In this document: piece by piece, positions 51,318-60,598 of the stretch
Position numbering within the stretch: the first letter of the stretch is position 1
Layout of the letters: each line of letters starts with the position of its first letter
Assembly (NCBI GenBank): GCA_044229845.1
Contig: JBGASG010000003.1
Span: 288,001 to 352,000 of the forward strand
DNA: 64,000 nucleotides
Direction: 5' to 3'
Source: Candidatus Obscuribacteraceae bacterium
GTDB lineage: Bacteria; Cyanobacteriota; Vampirovibrionia; Obscuribacterales; Obscuribacteraceae
Translations under genes and position numbers: made by a program
Notes under the pieces: generated by a model
Databases searched by the model: none
What the model was told of the DNA's origin: nothing
What the model saw: the letters and a program-made list of their open reading frames with translations, nothing else

Positions 51318-51516
51318 AAAACCTCCTCGCCTGGCGGTAGCAGGGTGTATGACGCGAGTCTGAACCGGGTGTTTCCCCAAAAGCTCTCAACTCAGCCATA
51401 CTGCTGCGCATAGGACTGCACGAGAATTATACTGCTACCGCAGATGGTGGCACTCAGATGAGGAACCATTGTCCGAGGCGGTGCGTCTGTGCCAGAAGTA
51501 TAGGGGAGGATAGATA

Positions 51517-51894
51517 ATGAAACGGTTCAGTTTCGCTTTAACACTTATTGCTCTTATGGGCATTCTGCCTGCGGCTAACGCTGATTCGCTGAAAGGTCCG
51601 CTGGAAGGTTCGGTTTCGGAAGACGGAATGAGCCTCAACTTCTGGCTGAACAGCCCGGTTGGCTCCGACGATCGCGGCCGCTATCTGCGTTTCGTGACCG
51701 ATGACCGTCTGCATCGAGATAATGTGGGTCTGCGCAATCGCGACTTTGAAAACTTCAGCAGCGATACGTTCACCGCGTCAGCCAGCGCCAACATGGGGAC
51801 GAAAACCAGAGGCATCGCGCGCGCCGCTCGCGAAAGCCAAACCCATCGTACGACCGCCAACCGCGCGATCTACATCACTGGTCCCTGGTTCTAA
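51517..51894 (+). CDS. Exported hypothetical protein
   Basis: GGAGG RBS; signal peptide ending ANA. Confidence 0.75.
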   Translation: MKRFSFALTLIALMGILPAANADSLKGPLEGSVSEDGMSLNFWLNSPVGSDDRGRYLRFVTDDRLHRDNVGLRNRDFENFSSDTFTASASANMGTKTRGIARAARESQTHRTTANRAIYITGPWF

Positions 51895-51916
51895 ACACCT
51901 CCGGAAATCAGCAATG

Positions 51917-51950
51917 ACGAGCAGCTCACTCAGGTGGGCTGTTTCGTTTT
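51917..51950 (+). terminator. Intrinsic terminator
   Basis: CAGCTCAC-TCAG-GTGGGCTG stem followed by TTTCGTTTT. Confidence 0.7.
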
Positions 51951-52056
51951 GTCGACTAGCGGTTACAGCGCTTTGCTACCGCGTTGTCAGTTGCAAGCAG
52001 GAAGCAAAGCTTCCAACATAGCTCTTCACTAAAGGATCCACTGCCTGGTTGAGCAT

Positions 52057-53406
52057 GTGATGATTGTTGAGGTACCCACGCTATCGTCTACTGCCCCACC
52101 GACCAAGGAAGTCACTCCTATGGATGACGCAGATTGGCTCAAGTTCTTTGAGCAGGCCAAAAAGGCCACGGCGGAAGGAAAGTTTGGTTACGCTGAAACC
52201 AGCTGGTCAGCTGCTTTGCAAGAAGCCGAGACTTTCGGCCCCACGGATGAGCGCCTTGTAAAAACGCTGGAAGGTCAGTCTGAGACCTTTTGCTTGCAAG
52301 GCAAGTTCAGGCAGGCCGAAAGACCTTGCTTTCAGGTTTTGGAAATCTTCCGCAAACTGCATGGTGACACCCATGTGAAGAGCGGTTTTGCCGCTCACAA
52401 TCTGGCCAATGTCTATCACATGCAGCAAAAGTACGGGCAGGCGGAGCCGCTCTACAAGCTGGCTCTGTCGGTTAAAACTAAGGAGCTGGGAGAAACGCAT
52501 CCCGACGTCGGCAAGTTGCGAGACAGCTACATCGATCTTTTGATCAAGACCAATCGACAACCAGAAGCCGACAAGATCAAGTCTCCAGTTGCCCAGCCGG
52601 CAGCAGCTGTGGCTGCTGAAAAGCCAGGCGGCACCGGACAGCTGTTCCGCAACAAAGCGATTTCTGCGGAGTCGCTTGCCGGTCTGGCGGAGGAAAAACA
52701 ACCAGCGGAAGTCGAAAAGAATTCCATCCAAGCCGATGAGGAACTCTGGGAAGACTTAAAGAACCGCGCCGAAAAATTTCTCGCCACCGGACACAAGAAT
52801 GAGTCGCTCGATCTGTGGAATCAAGCGATCAACTTAGCCGAGCGCTTTCCGTCGCAAGAGAAACTCTCCTATTCGCTCGATCGCATCGGAGACATCATGT
52901 TCTCCACCGAAAAATATGGACAGGCAGAAATGGCCTGGTGGCGTTCTCTGCAAATCAAGCTGGCAGCCATCGGAGAAGCGCATCCGGCCGTTGCTTACAC
53001 CGCCAACAAACTGGCCGGATTGCACTATTTGCTCGGTCGCTATTCCGAAGCAGAAGCGTACACAAAGAAATGCCGGGACATTTACACTGCCACCACCGGA
53101 AAAGAGCATCCGAACGTAGCCACGTGCTTAAATAACCTGGCAAGCCTCTATCACGTGCAAGGCAGATACGCAGAAGCTGAGGAAAACTACCTGGGAGCGA
53201 TGACCATCAGGAGAAAAATCCTCGGCACAGACCATGCGGAAACGCTCGCTGTCACTAAGAACTACGCAGCCTTGCTGAGAACTGTTGGTCGCGATCGCGA
53301 AGCTGCTGACCTCGACAAGGAGACCAGCGGCTTGATTACAGGCAGCTGGAAAGCCATTTCAATCGATGCTGATTCATTGCTGCGAGGCAAGAATCTCGAC
53401 GATTGA
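52057..53406 (+). CDS. Tetratricopeptide-repeat protein
   Basis: HPNVATCLNNLASLY.VQGRYAEAE repeats in two duplicated halves. Confidence 0.9.
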   Translation: MMIVEVPTLSSTAPPTKEVTPMDDADWLKFFEQAKKATAEGKFGYAETSWSAALQEAETFGPTDERLVKTLEGQSETFCLQGKFRQAERPCFQVLEIFRKLHGDTHVKSGFAAHNLANVYHMQQKYGQAEPLYKLALSVKTKELGETHPDVGKLRDSYIDLLIKTNRQPEADKIKSPVAQPAAAVAAEKPGGTGQLFRNKAISAESLAGLAEEKQPAEVEKNSIQADEELWEDLKNRAEKFLATGHKNESLDLWNQAINLAERFPSQEKLSYSLDRIGDIMFSTEKYGQAEMAWWRSLQIKLAAIGEAHPAVAYTANKLAGLHYLLGRYSEAEAYTKKCRDIYTATTGKEHPNVATCLNNLASLYHVQGRYAEAEENYLGAMTIRRKILGTDHAETLAVTKNYAALLRTVGRDREAADLDKETSGLITGSWKAISIDADSLLRGKNLDD

Positions 53407-53446
53407 CGGCGCGTTTCGAGCTATCGAGAGCAGCGCCGCTCCCACA

Positions 53447-53476
53447 GAAAAAGCCCACCTTTCAGTGGGCTTTTTC
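53447..53476. terminator. Bidirectional intrinsic terminator
   Basis: GAAAAAGCCCAC-CTTTCA-GTGGGCTTTTTC between convergent genes. Confidence 0.85.
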
Positions 53477-53538
53477 CGGCTTTTTCTCCCATACAGGCGT
53501 TCAGGCGAGGACTCCTTCACACCCGTATCGAAGTCTGT

Positions 53539-54312
53539 TTAGCAGGCTTGAGCTGGCGTCAAGCTGCGAATGCTGAGCGAAGAGCTGGCGACAGATTCCG
53601 CGCACACCGAGGCGTACTGTCTTTCAGTGCTCTGCCATTTGGCTTTTACGATGCCGTTCTTGTAGATATCCTGGTGCGTCACGAACGCGATGCGCTGGCA
53701 GATGCTGGAGCCAGCCAGTTCGTTTTGAACTGCTTCTTGATGAGCATCATCGCGCGAGACAATCCAGATCATGTCGATCTCACCGCTCTCCAGCGCCTTT
53801 TCGCAGACGGCGGTCAGTTCCGCGCGATCAGCTTTCGGCTGGTTGATGATACCGATACGGTGATCTACACCATTGCGGTTAAAAGAGATCTTGGCATCAA
53901 TTGCCGTCGTGCCGGGAACCGCTTTCGTGGTTGTCCAAGCGACATTGCTGATCAACCCGTCCTTTTGGTCGACCAGGAAGAGCATGCGAAGATTAGCCAC
54001 TTCCAGAAGGTGGCGCTGGCTGTCGCAGTTGCCCAGGTCGATGTCGGTGCTCTGTGCAGTCAACAACTCGCGCGTCATCGGCGAGAGCATATACACAAGC
54101 GGTTTCGTGGGGGTTGTCCACCACGGAAGTTTGCCGCCGTGCCGTTCGCACAGGAGGTAATCGAGGTAGAAGAGTTTGCGTAGACGGTCGCGGATCAATA
54201 CCGGTTTATCGTCGCAAGAGATAAACCAGGCGATGTGTTTTTCGAGGAGAACTTGATGCTCTTCAATCAGTTTGAAGATCATCATGTCTCTGTCGCTTAG
54301 TTGAATGGCCAT
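53539..54312 (-). CDS. Replication-relaxation (Replic_Relax)-like wHTH protein
   Basis: LSDRDMMIF.LI.EH..L, RDRLRKL, P.VYMLS, HLLEVANL match the family pattern as I recall it; C-terminal nuclease-like motif degenerate. Confidence 0.6.
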   Translation of the reverse strand: MAIQLSDRDMMIFKLIEEHQVLLEKHIAWFISCDDKPVLIRDRLRKLFYLDYLLCERHGGKLPWWTTPTKPLVYMLSPMTRELLTAQSTDIDLGNCDSQRHLLEVANLRMLFLVDQKDGLISNVAWTTTKAVPGTTAIDAKISFNRNGVDHRIGIINQPKADRAELTAVCEKALESGEIDMIWIVSRDDAHQEAVQNELAGSSICQRIAFVTHQDIYKNGIVKAKWQSTERQYASVCAESVASSSLSIRSLTPAQAC

Positions 54313-54422
54313 TGGGGGTGGTCCTCGTTTTGTTGTTTTGCCAGCGATCTTTCGGGGGTGTGCTTCTTGGTGTGGGGGGAGTCTTGCGACTCAGTTAGAC
54401 TCTATATGTTTTCAACCGTTCT

Positions 54423-55118
54423 TCATAGGTTAGGATCACGTGTTGTGTATTGCAAAAGTGCATCATCATGACGCGGTTGGTGAAGGTTGTAAGTGACTCT
54501 CATTTTGGAATCCATCATTTTTAGAGAGCGATATTGCTGTCTGAGCCCTTCGACACGGGTATGAATTTCTTCCAGCGAGGCTTGCAGTTCTTCTTGAGTC
54601 TTGGCCGCCTTGCGTGGGCGAATCATATCTTCGAAAACCGCAGCGGAATCGTCGTACCAGTCCGCCATGTTCTGCATGTAGACTGTGCTTTCCGGCATTC
54701 CATTGCAGGGCGGCATCGAACGAATGGTCTTAGCTAGCAGACGGTATCTCTTCGCGATTCCGGCAGCAGTGCGCGACCATTCCATGACCCGCTCGACTTC
54801 TTGATTGAGCGGCTTTTTCATAATCACGGCTTCGCTGACCGTCACTTTGTAGTGACCAACAGCGTCGTCATAGGCTTCCATCCACTCCAACGGTTTCGAT
54901 TGCGGAGTTACTCGCGGCATGACCCACGGGGGAGTCGGACGCTTGTAGGTGTTGGCAGCAGCATTCGGCACAGGTGCCGTGGTGCGGTTGAAAACGTCTC
55001 CTTTTTGTTGCGGATGACCGCCGTTCGGCTGCGTCGCTTGCGCCATGGAGGAGGCGAAAGTGGTGGCAGCGAAGATGGCGCTGGTCAATGCAATTTGGAT
55101 ACGTTTCGTGGCTGTCAT
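54423..55118 (-). CDS. Exported alpha-helical hypothetical protein
   Basis: Signal peptide ending MAQA, Pro-rich linker, helical domain. Confidence 0.8.
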   Translation of the reverse strand: MTATKRIQIALTSAIFAATTFASSMAQATQPNGGHPQQKGDVFNRTTAPVPNAAANTYKRPTPPWVMPRVTPQSKPLEWMEAYDDAVGHYKVTVSEAVIMKKPLNQEVERVMEWSRTAAGIAKRYRLLAKTIRSMPPCNGMPESTVYMQNMADWYDDSAAVFEDMIRPRKAAKTQEELQASLEEIHTRVEGLRQQYRSLKMMDSKMRVTYNLHQPRHDDALLQYTTRDPNL

Positions 55119-55185
55119 GTCCGTGGTCTGCTGCTAGTTGTCTGTCGGTAATACTGATGTTTTTCGCGCAGTGTGAGTTTCTTGC

Positions 55186-56673
55186 TTACGGTCCTGGGTT
55201 CGCTGGTCCACCCGGGTTCGCTGGTCCTGCTGGTCCTGCTGGTCCTGCTGGAGCCGGTCCCGGATTGGTCGGCGGAAGGAACGGTCCACCCGGTCCACCA
55301 CCGCCCGGTCCTGGAATGTTCATGCGCGTGCCGTCTTGGTACTGCGCCCAGGTGTCAGTAGAGTTGAAATCAAAGGTGTTCATCTGGACGATCTTCCAGA
55401 TGGTGTAGCCGGCGAGCAGGAGGAGCAAACCACCGACTGCACCGATGACTCGCGAACCGCCGTACGGGCTGCCGAAGACCATCGACCACGCTGCCAGAGC
55501 AACGATGATGGTGGCCATAACGACGCCCAGGATAACCAGATAGCGAGAGAAGACTCTTACTGTCGGGAGCGGTCCCATGAAGTCATATTTTGGTTGTTGT
55601 TTTTGACGGTTGAGTTGGGTGTCTTGTTCGCCGTTGGCTCCAGCTTTGGCTCCGCCGTTGTTAACGATGCCGAGACCATTGTTGTTGCCGCCGTTGTTGA
55701 CGACTTGTTGTCCGCCGTTGCCGCCGCCGAAGTCGTTCTGACGTGTGCCACCATTGCCGGCACCACCTTCGAACTGACCGTTGCCGCCGTTGCCGGCACC
55801 ACTTTCAAATACGCCGCGTCCGCCGTTGCCCTGGCCGCCTTCGAACAGTCCCTGACCGCCGTTGCCGCCACCGCCTTCGAACACGCCTTGACCGCCGTTA
55901 CCAGCGCCGCCTTCGAAGAAACCACGGCCACCGTTGCCCTGACCGCCTTCGAACGTGCCGCGACCGCCATTGCCCTGGCCGCCTTCGAACAGTCCTTGAC
56001 CGCCATTGCCGGCGCCGCCTTCGAACATGCCCTGACCGCCGTTGCCATAGCCACCTTCAAAGGTGCCTTTGCCATTGTTGCCCCAGCCGCCTTCGAAGAG
56101 TCCCTGTCCGCCGTTGCCGGCGCCGTTTTCATACTTGCCCTGACCGCCGTTGCCGTAGCCGGGTTCGTAGGTGTTTTTGCCGCCGTTGCCCCAGCCGCCT
56201 TCGTAGAGACCTTGACCGTTGATCGGCGCGCCGTTTTCATACACACCGTCCATTTGACCGTGTTGTGTTTGATAACGACCGTAGTTGTTGATGACTGGAC
56301 CTTTGGTGCCCGGGGCGCCACGGGTTCCGAAAATGTTGCCGTGTGTCGGATCGGCAAAGCTGGACGGAGGCAAGCTCGAAGCGCCTTGATCGCCGGGAAT
56401 GACACGCGGAGCCATGGAGCCATCGCCGACCGGCGGCGGTTGTCCTTGCGGAGCAGCTTGGTTAGGACGCTGCCAGGAAGCACCATGGATCAAAGGAGTA
56501 CGCAATGTCGATTGTTGCGTCGGACCGGACAAGCATGGCTTGGTCGGGTTGTACAGCATCTCGGCATATTCAGCGCGAGCGGTTGTCGGTGCGAACAGCA
56601 TCACCACACCAGTGATGATCAGGCTGATCGCCGTCAACGCTTGTTTTACTCCAACTCTATCCTTGCCTGACAT
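55186..56673 (-). CDS. Exported Gly-rich tandem-repeat protein with a C-terminal two-TM, pilin-like segment
   Basis: AGGAGA RBS overlapping the rpoB-like stop; signal peptide ending ARA; 13 x 12-aa repeats; two hydrophobic helices; Pro/Gly tail. Confidence 0.85.
   Translation of the reverse strand: MSGKDRVGVKQALTAISLIITGVVMLFAPTTARAEYAEMLYNPTKPCLSGPTQQSTLRTPLIHGASWQRPNQAAPQGQPPPVGDGSMAPRVIPGDQGASSLPPSSFADPTHGNIFGTRGAPGTKGPVINNYGRYQTQHGQMDGVYENGAPINGQGLYEGGWGNGGKNTYEPGYGNGGQGKYENGAGNGGQGLFEGGWGNNGKGTFEGGYGNGGQGMFEGGAGNGGQGLFEGGQGNGGRGTFEGGQGNGGRGFFEGGAGNGGQGVFEGGGGNGGQGLFEGGQGNGGRGVFESGAGNGGNGQFEGGAGNGGTRQNDFGGGNGGQQVVNNGGNNNGLGIVNNGGAKAGANGEQDTQLNRQKQQPKYDFMGPLPTVRVFSRYLVILGVVMATIIVALAAWSMVFGSPYGGSRVIGAVGGLLLLLAGYTIWKIVQMNTFDFNSTDTWAQYQDGTRMNIPGPGGGGPGGPFLPPTNPGPAPAGPAGPAGPANPGGPANPGP
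55756..56223 (-). repeat. 13 tandem 36-bp coding repeats (NGGxGxFEGGxG)
   Basis: Strict 12-aa periodicity in the translation. Confidence 0.9.
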
Positions 56674-56686
56674 TATGTGGTCTCTC

Positions 56687-59600
56687 CTATGAGTCCTGAT
56701 TGTGATTGTCAGAATTGCCATCTTCCTTTTTGGCAGGCGCGACGGTCACCGTCTGGGTGAGTTGCGCAAGTTGTCGCGAGAGCGACGCGAGTTCACTGAT
56801 CGACGGGAAGTCGAGCATCTCGTCGGATTCATCGGCCCAGAGGCTGGCGGCCAGCGATCTGGCGACATCCTGGGCGGTGGAAGGAGCTTCAGTCGCCGGA
56901 ACTTGCAGTTCTTCAGCGTGCACCACTTCCGGTTCTACTTGTTCGGCGCAGGGGATGCCCTGAGCGGCAGCACCAATTACGGTGGCTTCGGGTTCCAGCC
57001 CCATTGGTTGCACCAGTTCGGCCAACTCTTCCAGAGTTTCTGGGCTCATTTCGAGCATCGCCGGATCCATCACGTCTTTCTCGGCACGAGCCGGCATGTC
57101 GGTGAGGATGTCGGTTGTTTGTTCGCTGATGAATGCATCGAGCAGGTCGGAAGAAACCGGTTCGTCTTCGATATCGTCGATGAGCGGCTCCATGGACATT
57201 TCGAATTTGGTTTTGACGGCGCCCTTGGCGTTGGTGACGGAGGTGATGATCGGTGCCGTCGGCGTCGGGCGCACGACAGGCTCGTAATCGCCAGCCGGAA
57301 TCTCGATGATGTTTCTGCCTTCTTCTTCGAATTGAGCAACTTTGGAGACCATGTACTCTTCTTCGAGCGACTTGGCAGCGGCTTCGCGAGCGTCTTTCTC
57401 GGCAGCCTCTTCTTGGGCTTCGACGTATTTGCCCAGAGTCACTTCCAGACCGAGACCGCGCAGTTCGCAGCACAGTCCGTCGAAAGCAGCGGTGCGTCCG
57501 CCGGCGGTGACTTCCTTGCCTTGCACCATATCGGCATAAGCTTGATGGCGGCCTTGAATGTCATCGGACTTGATGGTCATCATTTCGTGCAGCAGGTGCG
57601 AGGCGCCGTAGGCTTGAATTGCCCAGACTTCCATTTCGCCCATGCGCTGTCCGCCGTGGTTGGCTTTGCCGCCGACCGGCTGTTGTGTAACAGCGGCGTA
57701 CGGTCCGCCCAATCCGGAGCGGGCATTGATTTTGTGCAGAACCAACTGGTTGAGCTTCAGCATGTACTGTCTGCCGACCAGGACCGGCGAGTCGAAAGCT
57801 TCGCCTGTTCTGCCGTCAAACAATTGCACTTTGCCGGATTCGGTAACCCACTCATAGCCGGGCAGTTTGCGCACTTCGGCAAGAGCTTGGGTGACGAGCT
57901 TGAAGGAAGCATCTTTTTCCAGCGATTCGTCGAACTGGTGAATGCGATAGTGACGATTGAGGATGCTGGAATAAAGACCTAGTTGTGTGTCGAATACTTG
58001 ACCGACGTTCATACGGCTGGGGACGCCCAGTGGATTCAACACGATGTCGCACGGAGTGCCGTCCGGCAGGTAAGGCATGTCTTGATCAGGAACTACGATC
58101 GAGACGATACCTTTGTTGCCGTGGCGTCCAGCCAGCTTGTCGCCGACTTCGAGCGGGCACAAACGCGCGATAAGTACTTCGATTTCGCAGATGATGCCAG
58201 CTTTCAATTCCGGTGTGGTTTCCGGTGTGAAGATGCGGACATCGATAACGCGACCACCCGAGCCGTGCGGAACACGCAGGCTGCTGTCAGCCATTTCTTC
58301 CGCCACTTTACCGAAGATAGCTTGCAAGAGTTCTTCTTCAGCGGAGAGAGCGCGAGCTTCTTTCGGGCTCAATTTGGCGACGAGAATATCGCCCGGGTTG
58401 ACGTAGCTGCCGACCATGGCGATGCCGCGTTCGTCGAGATGCTCGAGGTCTTTACCGGCGACGTTCGGCAGTTCCGGCGTCAGAATTTCTGGTCCGCGCA
58501 GGGTCTGGTGAACACCGATGGAGTGCTTTTCGATTTCGATGTGCGAAAGTTTGTGGTCGCGGATCAAACCTTGACGGACGACAATCGCGTCTTCGAAGTT
58601 GTAGCCGTTCCATGGCACGAAGGCGACGAGAAGGTTTCTTCCCAGAGCCAGTTCGCCTTGATCGATACCAGGACCATCAGCGATGATCTGTCCGGCTTCG
58701 ACGCGATCGCCCTGTCTGACGATCGGGCGCTGGTCGAGAATTGTGTTCTGGTTGGTGCGGTCGAAGCGAATCATGTTGTAGGTGCGCGATTCGCCGGAAG
58801 CTTGGGTGATGACGATCTGATCGCCGTTGACCAGGCTGACAGTACCGGCGCGACGGGCGACGACTGAGTGACCGGACGAGCGAGCGACGATTTTTTCCAT
58901 GCCGGTGCCGACGCGCGGACGTTCCGGCTTGATCAAAGGCAGAGTTTGGCGCATCATGCCGCCACCCATGAGAGCGCGGTTGGCGTCATCATGCTCGAGG
59001 AAAGGAATGAGAGCCGATCCGACCGAGATGAAACCTTGCGGAGCAATACCGATCATGTCTACTTGATCTGGTGTCACTTCGAAGAACTGTTCGCCGCAGC
59101 GTGCCGAAACGAACGGTCCTTGAATCATGTCGTTTTCGACTTTGGTGTCGGGCGGTGCAAGCGTGAAACGCTTGTCGTCTGATGGTGTCAGGTAACGGAC
59201 TTCATTGGTCACATGTCCGTTTTGCACGACGCGATAGGGAACGGTCATGAAGCCGTCGTCATCGATACGGCAGTAGGTTGCCAGATATGCCACCATACCG
59301 CAGTTTTTACCTTCAGGCGATTCCACCAGGCACACGCGACCGATTTGCGAAGGATGCACATCGCGCATTTCGTTCGGAGCGGCGTTCGGGTCGATGCCAC
59401 CAGGACCGAAGGAGGTGATTCTTCTTCTGTGCGACAGTTCGGAAAGTGGGTTCTGTTGGTCGAGGTATTGAACCAGGGGGTTGCCGGCGAAGAACTTGCT
59501 CATGGCATTGACGAACGGGCGCGAATCGACGAAATCATTGGCGCTGCCGATTTCATCTTCTTCGAACAGTTCGAGGCGGGTGCGAATCGAGCGCGACATT

Positions 59601-60598
59601 TGTGCCAGCGCCGGACGCAGCCCCTTGGTCATCACATCGCCGATACCGCGCAGGTGGCGGTTTTCCAAGCTGTCGATATTATCTGTTTGTCCAGAGCCGA
59701 GCGGCAAAAGCAGAATGTATTCGATAGCAGCAAGAATATCTTCAGCGGTCAGTTGCGAAGAGCGCTCTTCCAGACGCAGCTTATCGTTGAAGCGGCGACG
59801 ACCGAGCGAACCGAGTGAATAACGACGTTTGTCGGTGAGTTCTTTCAGGGCAGCATGACCGGATTGCGAACCGCCGCCACCATCTGGTTTCCACGCGCGA
59901 CCGACGACGGAAAGCGCTTCTTGCTGAGTGACTTGTTTCCACTCGATGCGATTCTTTTCCAGAAGCGGAGCGAGACGTTTTTGAATGGTGGACAGTTCGA
60001 CGCCCATGGCGGTCAACACTGTGGTGGCAGCCACCCAACCACGTTTGGGCAATTTGATACGGCATTTGGCGCGGCTGGTTTTGCCACTGCCGGTTTCCAG
60101 ATCCAGTTCGACGGAGACCGGAGCGCCGAGTTCAGCCAGGATAAGAGCTTTGTAGAGCATCGGGTTGTTCATTTGGAAATAGACGCCTGGTGCACGCACC
60201 AGTTGTCCGAGGACGACGCGCTCGGAACCGTTGATGACGAAGGTTCCACGATCGGTGATCACCGGCAGGTCGCCCATGTAAGCAGTCGACTTGCGCAGTT
60301 CGTTGGTTTGCAGGTCACGCAGCCACACATCCATGAGCAGGCGACGGGCATGCGTCATGTTAGTCTTGCGAGCTTGCTCGGCAGAACTGGGATAACCGGA
60401 ATCAACTGCATAATCTTCGAACTTCCAGTGAGCTTTGCCGTCGGGTCCGACGAACGAAAGTTCAAGGCGCGGATTGAATTCGCTGGCAATCGGAGAGATT
60501 TCAGCGAAGAGGGCGCCCAGGGTTTCTTCCAGAAAACGTCGGTATGAACGTCTCGGGAATTCTGCCAGATCTGGAGGCTGGAAGTAGAAGTTACTCAT
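56687..60598 (-). CDS. rpoB: Divergent DNA-directed RNA polymerase subunit beta (probable paralog) with acidic C-terminal tail
   Basis: GTFVINGSERV, PFLEHDDANRALMG, GYNFEDA, GDKLAGRHGNKG, NPLGVPSRMNVGQ, QQPVGGKA..GGQRMGEMEVWA, TIKSDD. No rplL or rpoC neighbours. Confidence 0.95.
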   Translation of the reverse strand: MSNFYFQPPDLAEFPRRSYRRFLEETLGALFAEISPIASEFNPRLELSFVGPDGKAHWKFEDYAVDSGYPSSAEQARKTNMTHARRLLMDVWLRDLQTNELRKSTAYMGDLPVITDRGTFVINGSERVVLGQLVRAPGVYFQMNNPMLYKALILAELGAPVSVELDLETGSGKTSRAKCRIKLPKRGWVAATTVLTAMGVELSTIQKRLAPLLEKNRIEWKQVTQQEALSVVGRAWKPDGGGGSQSGHAALKELTDKRRYSLGSLGRRRFNDKLRLEERSSQLTAEDILAAIEYILLLPLGSGQTDNIDSLENRHLRGIGDVMTKGLRPALAQMSRSIRTRLELFEEDEIGSANDFVDSRPFVNAMSKFFAGNPLVQYLDQQNPLSELSHRRRITSFGPGGIDPNAAPNEMRDVHPSQIGRVCLVESPEGKNCGMVAYLATYCRIDDDGFMTVPYRVVQNGHVTNEVRYLTPSDDKRFTLAPPDTKVENDMIQGPFVSARCGEQFFEVTPDQVDMIGIAPQGFISVGSALIPFLEHDDANRALMGGGMMRQTLPLIKPERPRVGTGMEKIVARSSGHSVVARRAGTVSLVNGDQIVITQASGESRTYNMIRFDRTNQNTILDQRPIVRQGDRVEAGQIIADGPGIDQGELALGRNLLVAFVPWNGYNFEDAIVVRQGLIRDHKLSHIEIEKHSIGVHQTLRGPEILTPELPNVAGKDLEHLDERGIAMVGSYVNPGDILVAKLSPKEARALSAEEELLQAIFGKVAEEMADSSLRVPHGSGGRVIDVRIFTPETTPELKAGIICEIEVLIARLCPLEVGDKLAGRHGNKGIVSIVVPDQDMPYLPDGTPCDIVLNPLGVPSRMNVGQVFDTQLGLYSSILNRHYRIHQFDESLEKDASFKLVTQALAEVRKLPGYEWVTESGKVQLFDGRTGEAFDSPVLVGRQYMLKLNQLVLHKINARSGLGGPYAAVTQQPVGGKANHGGQRMGEMEVWAIQAYGASHLLHEMMTIKSDDIQGRHQAYADMVQGKEVTAGGRTAAFDGLCCELRGLGLEVTLGKYVEAQEEAAEKDAREAAAKSLEEEYMVSKVAQFEEEGRNIIEIPAGDYEPVVRPTPTAPIITSVTNAKGAVKTKFEMSMEPLIDDIEDEPVSSDLLDAFISEQTTDILTDMPARAEKDVMDPAMLEMSPETLEELAELVQPMGLEPEATVIGAAAQGIPCAEQVEPEVVHAEELQVPATEAPSTAQDVARSLAASLWADESDEMLDFPSISELASLSRQLAQLTQTVTVAPAKKEDGNSDNHNQDS

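Noticed and set aside
51940..51966. GCGGTTAC as the missing second IS66 end (composite element carrying the usp gene)
   Set aside because: Poor match to the 47539 end beyond the first few bases, and no 8-bp target duplication.
55756..56223. 36-bp periodic repeat as a CRISPR array
   Set aside because: Units are contiguous with no unique spacers, keep the reading frame within a protein, and no cas genes are present.
55336..57982. Long plus-strand ORFs (55336-56670, 56702-57982) and similar ones elsewhere (7851-8999, 47722-48948, 61084-62364)
   Set aside because: Antisense shadows of well-supported genes; no recognisable motifs.
56687..60598. RpoB-like gene as a phage RNA polymerase or a pseudogene
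   Set aside because: It is collinear with cellular RpoB over its full length, has an intact frame and catalytic residues, and has no phage genes nearby.
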